Below are positions 9,059-18,022 of a stretch of 41,251 nt of DNA, one piece after another; the first letter of the stretch is position 1, and every line of letters starts with the position of its first letter. The DNA is taken from assembly GCA_964447875.1 (NCBI GenBank), contig CAYUUQ010000001.1, forward strand, positions 1 to 41,251, given 5' to 3'. The notes under the pieces are model-generated. The model was not told the DNA's origin. It did no database searches and saw nothing but the letters and a program-made list of their open reading frames with translations. A program made the translations under genes and the position numbers. Source of the stretch: an uncultured Methanosarcinales archaeon. GTDB taxonomy: Archaea; Nanobdellota; Nanobdellia; Woesearchaeales; DATDXC01.

Positions 9059-10845
9059 TTTTGCCATTAATATTAAAATATTGCTTCTTTTTCTTATATG
9101 TATTCATACTACCGGGGTATTTGATATCTAAATTGTTATTTAAGAAAATAAAAACCTATGAAATTGCTTCTTTTTCTATGACTTTTGGATTTATTGTTTT
9201 GTCTTGGATATTTTTTAGTTTAGCTTGGATATTTAAGACTTATATTTCTGTTGGTCTTGTATTGATAGTTACTACAATCATCAATATTATATTAATATAT
9301 ATTAATATAAAAAAAGGATGGAAATTAGATAAGATAAAAGTAAATAAAAAATATGTTGCTTTGATAGTTATGTGCATATTTATTTTTTCTATTCATTTTA
9401 TGAATTTTCAAGGACCGGCTAAAGATTATTGGAGTACATATATCGTCGCAGGCAGCATGTTTCTTTCTAATGATAAGATTGAATTTGTAGATATAAATAA
9501 TAAAGAACTGTATGATTATGAATTGAAAGGTAATATTCCGGAAAACCTAGTTGATGAAAATAGTTATGGTATTATTACTAAAGACCAAAGAATTGGTGCT
9601 TCAGTAATATATTCCTTACCGTATGTTTTGTTCGGATTAGCAGGATTTAGGTTATTTCATGCATTAATATTGGTTCTTTGCTTTTTATTCATATATTCTA
9701 TAACAAAAAGTCTTTTTAAATCAGAGATAGTTGGTCTGATTACTGGTTTAGTTATTGTTTTGAATCCTTTATTGTTTTATTTTAATAGATTAAACGCAAA
9801 TATAATATCATTATTGATTATTTTTACAATTATTTTTCTTCTTCTAAATAATGAAAAGAATATATTTTTAGTTGGGTTGTTTTATGGTATCCTGGGGGGA
9901 GTTAGAAATGTTGCAATAATATTCTTGCCAGCTATATTGATTTTCTTATTAATGGAGAAAAAAGATATAAATTATAGATTAAAAAATATTGGATACTTTG
10001 TTTTTGGCAGTTTTATTACAATATTGCCCATCCTTATATGGAAAGCATTTGCTTTTGGAAGTATTTTAGCCCACCCAACACAACATCCCGGGCTTTATGG
10101 GTATAGACCAACATTTGAACATAATTTTATTGGTTTTAAATTTCTGTTTAATGGGCTCCTTAATTATCCATTTTATGATACGATTGTAAGAACGCCACAC
10201 TTTCCTTTTCCTAATTTTATAACTATGCCTTTGTTACTTATTAGAAGTTTTGGCTTATTGTTCGTTGGGTTAGGGTGTATTGGGGCTTATTTTTTAAGAA
10301 AATATAAAAAGAGATTGGGTTTTTTGTGTTTAGTATTGTTTGTGCCGTTCTTTATTTTTTTGATGTTTCAGGAAAACTGGGAAGAATTGAAAACAAGTTT
10401 CTTAATTTTGATTTTGCCCCCGATAAGTATTTTTATAGGCATGGGTCTTAGTGCATTCATCAGTAAGATAAAAAATAAAGATTATAAAAAAGCACTATTT
10501 AGCTTATTGATTATCTTGGCTTTGATTTATTCTTCGGTATTTATGTTAAAGTTTATTGATTATAAAGTTGATGAAAGATGGTATGAAAGATTTCCACATT
10601 CATTAAAAGATGAAATAAATATGTCTGTGTTGTCTAATGAATTAAGATTAGATTGGCAGTTTTTTTATACAAAGGATACTTTAGAAGAGTATGAAATTCA
10701 AAAAGAGAAGTATACTGATGTCTGGATTTTACCAAGATTGTATTCCAAATTACATGTAAATAATTTCTCAGTAGGGACTTTTTATAGTAATGTTGATAAA
10801 AAAGAACTAAAAACATTAGAAGTATGGAATTATATTTATGGTTAA
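9055..10845 (+). CDS. Polytopic membrane protein, GT-C-like; paralogue of 15926..18019
   Basis: 596 aa with many TM helices. Shares long motifs with the 15926 protein: GLFYGILGGVRNVAIIFLP vs GALYGFLGSIRPITILFIP, NYPFYDTIVRTPHFPFP vs NFPFYTHIVRSRGYPYP, QENWEELKTSFLILILP vs SEDWESQKTTLLLLILP. Confidence 0.5.
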   Translation: MILPLILKYCFFFLYVFILPGYLISKLLFKKIKTYEIASFSMTFGFIVLSWIFFSLAWIFKTYISVGLVLIVTTIINIILIYINIKKGWKLDKIKVNKKYVALIVMCIFIFSIHFMNFQGPAKDYWSTYIVAGSMFLSNDKIEFVDINNKELYDYELKGNIPENLVDENSYGIITKDQRIGASVIYSLPYVLFGLAGFRLFHALILVLCFLFIYSITKSLFKSEIVGLITGLVIVLNPLLFYFNRLNANIISLLIIFTIIFLLLNNEKNIFLVGLFYGILGGVRNVAIIFLPAILIFLLMEKKDINYRLKNIGYFVFGSFITILPILIWKAFAFGSILAHPTQHPGLYGYRPTFEHNFIGFKFLFNGLLNYPFYDTIVRTPHFPFPNFITMPLLLIRSFGLLFVGLGCIGAYFLRKYKKRLGFLCLVLFVPFFIFLMFQENWEELKTSFLILILPPISIFIGMGLSAFISKIKNKDYKKALFSLLIILALIYSSVFMLKFIDYKVDERWYERFPHSLKDEINMSVLSNELRLDWQFFYTKDTLEEYEIQKEKYTDVWILPRLYSKLHVNNFSVGTFYSNVDKKELKTLEVWNYIYG

Positions 10846-10855
10846 AATGGTTAAA
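10838..10855 (+). repeat. Perfect 9-bp tandem duplication ATGGTTAAA x2 spanning a stop/start junction
   Basis: ATGGTTAAA occurs at 10838-10846 and again at 10847-10855. The first copy contains the TAA stop of the upstream gene (10843-10845). Each copy provides an ATG, so the protein begins MVKMVK. Confidence 0.9.
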
Positions 10856-12295
10856 ATATTATTTTCAAACCTGAATTACCAGAAAAAAGTAGAATCTTTT
10901 TCACTAATTTCTAAAGTACCACCTTTAGATTTGATGTATTGTCATGAGATTTGTAAAAAATATATGAAAAGTGAACTGCTTGATGCTAATAATTTAGAAT
11001 TAAGTAATAAGGAACTAGCTAAATCTATTAATGATGCGAGTAGTGATATTATTGTCTTATCTTTTGATGTCTATAGTGTGAATGATGTAAAAGAAGTGAT
11101 AAGTAACCTCAAAAGAGAGAACAGGATCATAGTATGCATAGGAATGTTTCCCACTACTAATCCAGAATTTACATTAAAAGAAATAAAACCAGATGTAATT
11201 ATCAAAGGTGAGCCTGAAATTAGAGTAGAGTTTTTTGTTAAAAGATATTTAAGATTATGTAATAAAAGTAATTCTGGCATAATACTGAAAGATTTTAAAA
11301 AAGAATTGAAAAAAAGTATAAAAAATGGTGAGATTGATGGATTTGGATTCTTTTTTGATAGTGAGCTAACAGATTCTAAACCATTAAAATATATAAAAGA
11401 TCTTGATTTGTTGCCTTATCCATCGAGAGATTATAAAAATTATAGATATTCTAATCCATTTTCTTCAAAAATAACTGTTATAAAAGCACAAAGAGGTTGT
11501 CCAAGTAACTGCACTTATTGTGATGCCCATAATTTATATGGTAAGGAAAATAGAATCAGAAGTGTTGATAATGTTATAGGTGAGATTGAATTTTGTTTAA
11601 GACAAGATATAAACTTTTTTTCTTTTATTGACCACACATTTACTGTCAAGAAAAAATGGTGTGAAGACCTTTGTAATAAAATAATTGAAAAAGGATTGAA
11701 TAAAAAAATTGGCTGGATAGCTTTAACAAGAGTTGATAGTGTTGATCAAAAACTATTGAAATTGATGAAAAAAGCTGGATGTGTGATGATTGGGTATGGT
11801 ATAGAAAAGTGTTCTAATAACGGCTTGTTAGATATAAAGAAAGGTACAAATCTAAAGATGATAAATGGTGCTTTAAAAAATACAAGAAATGTTGGTATAC
11901 TAAGTATGGGCTATTTTATTATGGGTTTTCCTGAGCAAACATTGAAGAATTTATTGGATTTAAAGAAATATATACTAAGTTTGGATTTAGATTTTATTCA
12001 ATTGTCATTAGCTACACCATTGCCAGGTACTGTTTTTTATGAATATTGCGAGAAAAATAATTTGATAATAGATAATAACTTTGAAGACTATAGGTTTTTG
12101 AATAAAACAGTAATAAAGACAAAATTAAGTAGTAGAGAGCTTATAAAAATAAGGGATGATATGGTATTTAGATTTTATTTTGGTTTGATTGGTGGGATTA
12201 AAAGAATTAGTAGGTTGGTTTTGAATAAGAAAATATCTAAAATTCAACTAATAAAGACCATAATTCATGTTTTTTCTAAGTTTTTCTCTTCTTGA
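10838..12295 (+). CDS. Class B (cobalamin-binding domain) radical SAM enzyme
   Basis: N-terminal VPPLDLMY, IVCIGMFPT and IIKGEPE (B12-domain pattern), then AQRGCPSNCTYC (CxxxCxxC). Confidence 0.85.
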   Translation: MVKMVKILFSNLNYQKKVESFSLISKVPPLDLMYCHEICKKYMKSELLDANNLELSNKELAKSINDASSDIIVLSFDVYSVNDVKEVISNLKRENRIIVCIGMFPTTNPEFTLKEIKPDVIIKGEPEIRVEFFVKRYLRLCNKSNSGIILKDFKKELKKSIKNGEIDGFGFFFDSELTDSKPLKYIKDLDLLPYPSRDYKNYRYSNPFSSKITVIKAQRGCPSNCTYCDAHNLYGKENRIRSVDNVIGEIEFCLRQDINFFSFIDHTFTVKKKWCEDLCNKIIEKGLNKKIGWIALTRVDSVDQKLLKLMKKAGCVMIGYGIEKCSNNGLLDIKKGTNLKMINGALKNTRNVGILSMGYFIMGFPEQTLKNLLDLKKYILSLDLDFIQLSLATPLPGTVFYEYCEKNNLIIDNNFEDYRFLNKTVIKTKLSSRELIKIRDDMVFRFYFGLIGGIKRISRLVLNKKISKIQLIKTIIHVFSKFFSS

Positions 12296-12481
12296 AATGA
12301 TTTTATTTCTGCTAGGCACTTCTTATAATAAAAAGTGTAAAATTTAAGTATTGATTTATAATTTTTATTAAATAAAGAGCGAATAAATAAGATAAAAATA
12401 AGAAGTTTATGAAGAGTAATAAAGAAAGTTAATCTAATAAGAAAACCTATTCTTGAAAATTTCTCATTACTATCTCTTAGA

Positions 12482-13225
12482 CTACAACAACCCATTTTTA
12501 CCAATTTTTTCTTGAATATATTTTTTTATTAAAGGTAATTTTTTCTTATAAAAATTATTTACTTCTTTTGCTTGATGGAATGGCTCTTTTTTTAAGAGCA
12601 TATATGGAGAGTAATAAAGTTCTCCAGGAATACACTTTGGTTGAATTCCTATATTTCTTCCCATAAAAGATATACCTAAATTAAGACCTAATTCTTTTAG
12701 TTCTTTGACTTTTTTTTCTCTTTTTATTTTGTAAGATATTGGTTCGAAATCAATTTTATACATTTTATACAAATCTTTTATCAGGCTTATAGAAAAAATT
12801 GATTGTTCTACCATTTCCCTGCTATCATATGATGAACCATCGCATATCTTATTTATACTATTAAGTTTATTATATACAATTGATTGAGTATGCATTGAAA
12901 TTTTGCATGCCCAACACCATATAAATGCAGAAGAGTATTCTTTCATCTCTTTTTGAAGGTGTTTGATTAAAATATTTTCAAATAAATCTTTAATAGATAT
13001 GTGATTAAAAATAAACTTATTGCCGAATTGCCTTTTTAATTCGATATATCTTTTTTTGGAGTTTTTAAGTAGAAAATGACCATATCCGTTGGAATAATTA
13101 ACTAAATGTACTTTATCATATTCTTTTGCTAATTGGATAGCACAATAAGTAGAATCTATTCCTCCTGAAAACATTAATGTTATTTTATTTTGCATGTTAA
13201 ACTCTTTTTTAATTAAAATAAACAT
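12482..13225 (-). CDS. PP-loop ATP pyrophosphatase superfamily protein (adenine nucleotide alpha-hydrolase; possible sugar amidotransferase or sulfur/amide transferase)
   Basis: TLMFSGGIDSTY is the SGGxDS PP-loop, and CWACK is a CxxC pair. The likely true start is the ATG at 13195 (MQNKITLMFSGG). Confidence 0.7.
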   Translation of the reverse strand: MFILIKKEFNMQNKITLMFSGGIDSTYCAIQLAKEYDKVHLVNYSNGYGHFLLKNSKKRYIELKRQFGNKFIFNHISIKDLFENILIKHLQKEMKEYSSAFIWCWACKISMHTQSIVYNKLNSINKICDGSSYDSREMVEQSIFSISLIKDLYKMYKIDFEPISYKIKREKKVKELKELGLNLGISFMGRNIGIQPKCIPGELYYSPYMLLKKEPFHQAKEVNNFYKKKLPLIKKYIQEKIGKNGLL

Positions 13226-13298
13226 CTATTTAAAAGTAATGTTAAACTCTTTCTTTTTTGATAATATAATGCTATTTTAAATAAGGCAATATTTAAAT

Positions 13299-14318
13299 AT
13301 GTGCCATTATTCCATAGAAGAGATGATAATAAGACATATAAAATCTGGTTTTAAAGTTTTGGGGGCAAAATTACTTAACAAAAGATATCCCCTTAAAATT
13401 AATTTTATTAGTACTTATAGGTGCGATAATAATTGTTCTTATTGTAAAATAGGTCAACTAAAAAAAACAAAAGAACTTTCTACAAAACAGGTTAAGAGTA
13501 TGATAAACTCATTAGTTAATCTGGGAGCAGAACATATTACTTTTATTGGAGGAGAACCTTTAATTAGAGATGATATGGGTGAATTAATAACCTATGCAAA
13601 GAAAAAAGGATTATTAACTACAATGAGTTCTAATGGTAATTTGTTTGAAAAGAAAAAGAATCAGTTGAAAGATCTTGATTTACTGATAACATGCTTCAAT
13701 GGACCTGAAAAGATACATGATTCTATAAGAGGAGAAAGGAATTATAAAAAAATAATGAAAATACTTTCTTTGGATATAGGAAAACTTGCGACAACAATAT
13801 TAACTAAACAAAATGTTAAATATATTGATTTTATAATGAATAAAGCAAAAAAACTTGGTTTTTATGTTAATTTTCAGCCAGTGTTTAGAAATGAACTTGC
13901 TAAAGTAGAAAATGATGAGATGGAAGAGATAATGTTAAGTAGAAAAGAGGTTAGAGATGTTTTCCAGGAGATCATAAGACGAAAAAAGAATGGAGAACCA
14001 ATTAGCAATTCTTATCCATCACTCAGAAACTTTGCAAAATATGGTAAAGCTAAATTTAATACATGTTATTTAGGTAGACTTTCTATTGCTATAGACCCAG
14101 AAGGTAATGTCTATAGATGCTATAAATATGTTAATAAAGATAAAAAAATAAATGGATTTAAAATTGGCTGGAAAGAAGCTATTAAAAAATTGAATTTGAA
14201 TAATTGTAAAGAGTGTTATTATGGGTGTCATATTGAGGATAATCTTTTGTATGGTCTTAATTTAAGTTCAATAATAAATTTGATAAAACTAGGAAGGATT
14301 TTTAAAAATGGAAAGTGA
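13299..14318 (+). CDS. Radical SAM enzyme with Cys-rich C-terminal extension; paralogue of 3386..4477
   Basis: STYRCDNNCSYC (CxxxCxxC), FIGGEPLI, C-terminal CYLGRLSIAIDPEGNVYRC and CKECYYGC. Confidence 0.85.
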   Translation: MCHYSIEEMIIRHIKSGFKVLGAKLLNKRYPLKINFISTYRCDNNCSYCKIGQLKKTKELSTKQVKSMINSLVNLGAEHITFIGGEPLIRDDMGELITYAKKKGLLTTMSSNGNLFEKKKNQLKDLDLLITCFNGPEKIHDSIRGERNYKKIMKILSLDIGKLATTILTKQNVKYIDFIMNKAKKLGFYVNFQPVFRNELAKVENDEMEEIMLSRKEVRDVFQEIIRRKKNGEPISNSYPSLRNFAKYGKAKFNTCYLGRLSIAIDPEGNVYRCYKYVNKDKKINGFKIGWKEAIKKLNLNNCKECYYGCHIEDNLLYGLNLSSIINLIKLGRIFKNGK

Positions 14319-14970
14319 GATAAATTTAAAAAGGATTTCTCTGCAAGATAATTATATAAAATGGTTATATGACTTAATCAAATCTGACATTAGTGGAAAT
14401 GTCTTAGAAGTTGGTGCTGGTGTTGGGGGATTTACAAAGATATTAGAAAAAAATGGAGTGAATATTTTTCCTATCGACAAAAAAATATATGATATTTGCC
14501 ACAGCAATATAAAAATAAATAAATTTGATATAACAAACAATCCAAAGAAACTTGAAATGAAATTTGATACCATAATATGTATGAATGTATTAGAACATAT
14601 CAAAGAAGAGAAGACTGCTATCAAAAATATGGCTTCTCTTTTAAATGACAAAGGTACGCTTATAGTGATGGTTCCTGCTATTAAGTTAGCATATGGTATT
14701 ATTGATAAAGCAAATGAACATTATAGGAGATATAGTCGAAAAGAGATAAAAGAAAGGATTAAAGATAGTGGATTAAAGATAAAAAGAATAAACTATACTA
14801 ATTTTATTGGTTTGTTAGGCTGGATTTATCAAAATAATGTATTAAAGTGTAATATACATAAAGTATCGGATTTGAATAGGTTTGATAGATTATGCCCAAT
14901 AATATCTAAAATGGAATCTATAATAAAACCAGTAATTGGTTTAAATTTGGTTGTGGTTGCTAAAAAATGA
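14308..14970 (+). CDS. Class I SAM-dependent methyltransferase
   Basis: VLEVGAGVGGFT (motif I, GxGxG) with a downstream DTIICMNVLEH motif. Overlaps the upstream gene by 11 nt and the downstream gene by ATGA. Confidence 0.8.
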   Translation: MESEINLKRISLQDNYIKWLYDLIKSDISGNVLEVGAGVGGFTKILEKNGVNIFPIDKKIYDICHSNIKINKFDITNNPKKLEMKFDTIICMNVLEHIKEEKTAIKNMASLLNDKGTLIVMVPAIKLAYGIIDKANEHYRRYSRKEIKERIKDSGLKIKRINYTNFIGLLGWIYQNNVLKCNIHKVSDLNRFDRLCPIISKMESIIKPVIGLNLVVVAKK

Positions 14971-15929
14971 ATAATTTGATAAGATTTGTATCTAATTTAG
15001 GAATTGTATTAAAAAAGATAAGATTATTTCCAAGACTAATTAAGAATTATATTTTGCTTGCTTTTGGTAAAACTGCCCTAAGAACTGTAGAAATCGCTTT
15101 AACGTATGAATGTCAATGTAGGTGTAAACATTGTAGTTCTTATGGCTTAAAGGATAAGAAAAAAGAAGAATTAAGTATTAATAAAATTAAGAAATTAATA
15201 GATGATGCTGTAAAAGAAGGAGCAATACATATCCTTTTTACTGGTGGAGAAACTCTTCTGGCTAAAAATAAACTTATTCTGTTATTAAAATATGCTAAAA
15301 GAAAAGCGTGCTTAACTAGTATTGATACAAATGGATTATTATTGGATAAAAAATATGCTTTAGAACTTAAAAAAGCAGGATTAGATGTTGCTTGTGTTAG
15401 TTTGGATAGTTTTAACGAAAAAAAACATGATAAATTTAGGGGATATGTGGGGTGTTGGAAAAAATCTATTGGAGCTATAAAAATCTTTAGAAGGCTTAGA
15501 ATAAATGTCATAATCAGCACTCTGATTACAAAAAATAATCTAAGAAATGGGGATTTAAAAAAAATATTAAAATTTGCCAAAGATAATGGAAGTAGTGTAA
15601 TTTTTTGTCTTCCTGTGATGACAGGTAGATGGAAAGATAATAAAAAAGATAAACTTGATAAAAAAGATTTCAAGAAAGTTGAAGAAATAATGAAACATCC
15701 ATTAGCTAGACTTTGTGAGGAAAATAATTATTTTTTCAAAGGTTGTGCTGCGGGTTCTGAGAAAATAACTGTAAGCCTTTATGGAGATGTTACTCCTTGT
15801 TCGTTTATAAAAGAAAAATATGGGAATATAAGAAAAGATAAATTAACTAGTATCTTGAAAAGGATGAGAAAGAATAAATATTATAATAAAGTAAATAGAA
15901 AGATTAAATGTTTGGCGTCTGAAAGATGA
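14967..15929 (+). CDS. Radical SAM enzyme (twitch/SPASM-like C-terminus); paralogue of 18023..19039
   Basis: LTYECQCRCKHC (CxxxCxxC), FTGGETLL, CAAGSEKITVSLYGDVTPC. ATGA overlaps at both ends. Confidence 0.85.
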   Translation: MNNLIRFVSNLGIVLKKIRLFPRLIKNYILLAFGKTALRTVEIALTYECQCRCKHCSSYGLKDKKKEELSINKIKKLIDDAVKEGAIHILFTGGETLLAKNKLILLLKYAKRKACLTSIDTNGLLLDKKYALELKKAGLDVACVSLDSFNEKKHDKFRGYVGCWKKSIGAIKIFRRLRINVIISTLITKNNLRNGDLKKILKFAKDNGSSVIFCLPVMTGRWKDNKKDKLDKKDFKKVEEIMKHPLARLCEENNYFFKGCAAGSEKITVSLYGDVTPCSFIKEKYGNIRKDKLTSILKRMRKNKYYNKVNRKIKCLASER

Positions 15930-18019
15930 TAGGGGGAATAATTAAAATATTTTTAATATCGATTTTTGTATTTTTAATACCATCTTATTTATTAACTCAA
16001 TTATCCAAGAAAAAAGATTTTGAAAAATTCTTTTTAAATCTTATGATAGTGTTTATTTTCTTACCATTAATTTCATTCTATCTTATTTTGATTACAAATA
16101 ATTTCTTTACTTTAATTAGTATTTCAATAATAGCAACAATTCTCAATTTAGCATTAATAATATTTGTAAAATATAAGAAATGTGGATTGAATAGAATCAG
16201 TATTAGAAAGAGAGACTATGTGATATTAATAATTTTGTTGGTTGTTTTTGTATTTAATTTCTTAACATTTTCTTTCCCAGAAGAAGACAGATATGAATGC
16301 CAAGATGATTGGGTCTACGCTAATATCCAATCTGAATACAGATACCACCCAAAACATACTGTTATAAATAACTTATTACCTAGCTCTTTTTATAATTACT
16401 CAAATACTGGAGAAGGAATATTGTATTATGAATTAAAACATAATTATAAGAGTGGCCCTCAAACTAATTGGGTTGAAAGACAATCTGTATGGAATGATGA
16501 ACCATTCTCCATAGGCATACATCAGTCCTTTTTTATTGGTTTGTTTAATTTTTTGGGTATAAGAATTATGTTTTCATTAATTATGGCATGCTCTTCAATA
16601 CTAATTTTTTTTATAATCAGAAATTTTGAAAAGGGGTTGTGGTTTTTATCAATTTTGGCCATTATATTATTGAATACTAGTTTAATTGCTAAAGAATCCC
16701 ATAGTGCTAATATAAACTATCTGGGTCTGCTCCTTGTTACAATAATCATGTATATGCTAACAAGAAAAAATATATCAACTAAAGAGGTAATTTTAACAGG
16801 GGCTCTATATGGTTTTCTTGGTTCTATAAGGCCAATTACCATACTGTTTATACCTGGGATTATCTTATACTTTTATCATCATGATTTAAAGAAGATTATT
16901 CCGTTTGGAATAAGTTCTTTAGTATTAATATCCCCCGTAATGGTCATAAATTACTTTTTATATGGTAATCCGCTCCAATTTCCTGGCTTTTTTTATCGCC
17001 CCCTTATTGAACACAATTTATTTGGATTAACTTTTTATGTAAGACAACTTTTTAATTTTCCTTTTTATACGCACATAGTTAGAAGCAGAGGGTATCCTTA
17101 TCCAGTGTTTTTTTATTTGCCTTTGATGATGCTAAAGAACTTTGGATTAATTTTATTTAGTACTATTTTTTTTGGATTAAAAGAAATAAGAAACAAAAAA
17201 TTGAGATATTTTTTCTTGGTTACTCCCTTATTGCCCTTCATCTTATTCTTAGTAAGTGAGGATTGGGAAAGTCAAAAGACAACATTATTATTGTTAATCT
17301 TGCCATTTATTATTTTTTTTAGCATTAATGGTCTAAAAACAATAATTAAAAATTTCAAAGATAAAAGAAAATTAATATTGTTTTCTACATTATTATTTCT
17401 TATTATTATATGTATGATAACCATTAGAGATTTAGATTTTCCTGTTGATAAAAGACAAGGATTGGTAATGCCTTATTTAATAGAAGAGAATGAAAAAGAT
17501 ATAATCTACCAAAGAAAAGAACTGACAAATATTAATTTATTTCCTTTATTATCCTTTAATAAAATAAATATAGATGAGTTAACTGAAGATATGAAACTAA
17601 AAAGAGAATTGCCGCCTTTTTTAGAAAAATTCGCAAAGTGCATAAATGAAAGAGATGATATTATTGGATATAATTTCATAAAAAAAGAAGAAAAGATATA
17701 TTTAACAATACCCCATATAAAAGACAAAGAAGATGTATCTATAGATATGGAAGAAATAAATATTTCAAAAAATGATATTATTTTCAGAGATATATCTTCA
17801 CCAAACCATTGTTATACTTTTAATCTGAGGATAATTAAAAATGACAATGAAATTGATTTTTTTGTAGATAATATTTCTCAAAGAAGTTACAATAAAACTA
17901 TTGGTAAAGAAATAGAGATTATATTGGAAGATAAAAATATTGATTTGAAATTGTTTGAAAATGATAAATTGATGGCTAATCTAAAAGAAGGGCCATATAT
18001 GGTTGGAGAGATAACATAA
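15926..18019 (+). CDS. Polytopic membrane protein, GT-C-like, with C-terminal soluble domain of about 200 aa; paralogue of 9055..10845
   Basis: 697 aa. Acidic loop FPEEDRYECQDDW follows the N-terminal TM bundle. Shares motifs with the 9055 protein. Flanked on both sides by rSAM genes on the same strand. Confidence 0.5.
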   Translation: MIGGIIKIFLISIFVFLIPSYLLTQLSKKKDFEKFFLNLMIVFIFLPLISFYLILITNNFFTLISISIIATILNLALIIFVKYKKCGLNRISIRKRDYVILIILLVVFVFNFLTFSFPEEDRYECQDDWVYANIQSEYRYHPKHTVINNLLPSSFYNYSNTGEGILYYELKHNYKSGPQTNWVERQSVWNDEPFSIGIHQSFFIGLFNFLGIRIMFSLIMACSSILIFFIIRNFEKGLWFLSILAIILLNTSLIAKESHSANINYLGLLLVTIIMYMLTRKNISTKEVILTGALYGFLGSIRPITILFIPGIILYFYHHDLKKIIPFGISSLVLISPVMVINYFLYGNPLQFPGFFYRPLIEHNLFGLTFYVRQLFNFPFYTHIVRSRGYPYPVFFYLPLMMLKNFGLILFSTIFFGLKEIRNKKLRYFFLVTPLLPFILFLVSEDWESQKTTLLLLILPFIIFFSINGLKTIIKNFKDKRKLILFSTLLFLIIICMITIRDLDFPVDKRQGLVMPYLIEENEKDIIYQRKELTNINLFPLLSFNKINIDELTEDMKLKRELPPFLEKFAKCINERDDIIGYNFIKKEEKIYLTIPHIKDKEDVSIDMEEINISKNDIIFRDISSPNHCYTFNLRIIKNDNEIDFFVDNISQRSYNKTIGKEIEIILEDKNIDLKLFENDKLMANLKEGPYMVGEIT

Positions 18020-18022
18020 AAA

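Noticed and set aside
12265-12504. 79-aa minus-strand ORF (MVKMGCCSLRD...) spanning the 186-nt convergent gap 12296..12481.
   Set aside because: It overlaps both flanking gene ends and has no recognisable motif apart from one hydrophobic stretch. It may be a small membrane protein, but the support is insufficient to call it.
15140-15673. 177-aa minus-strand ORF.
   Set aside because: It is antisense to the rSAM gene 14967..15929, which has CxxxCxxC, GGE and twitch motifs. The translation is low-complexity (S/L/F/K) with no motif, so it is a shadow ORF.
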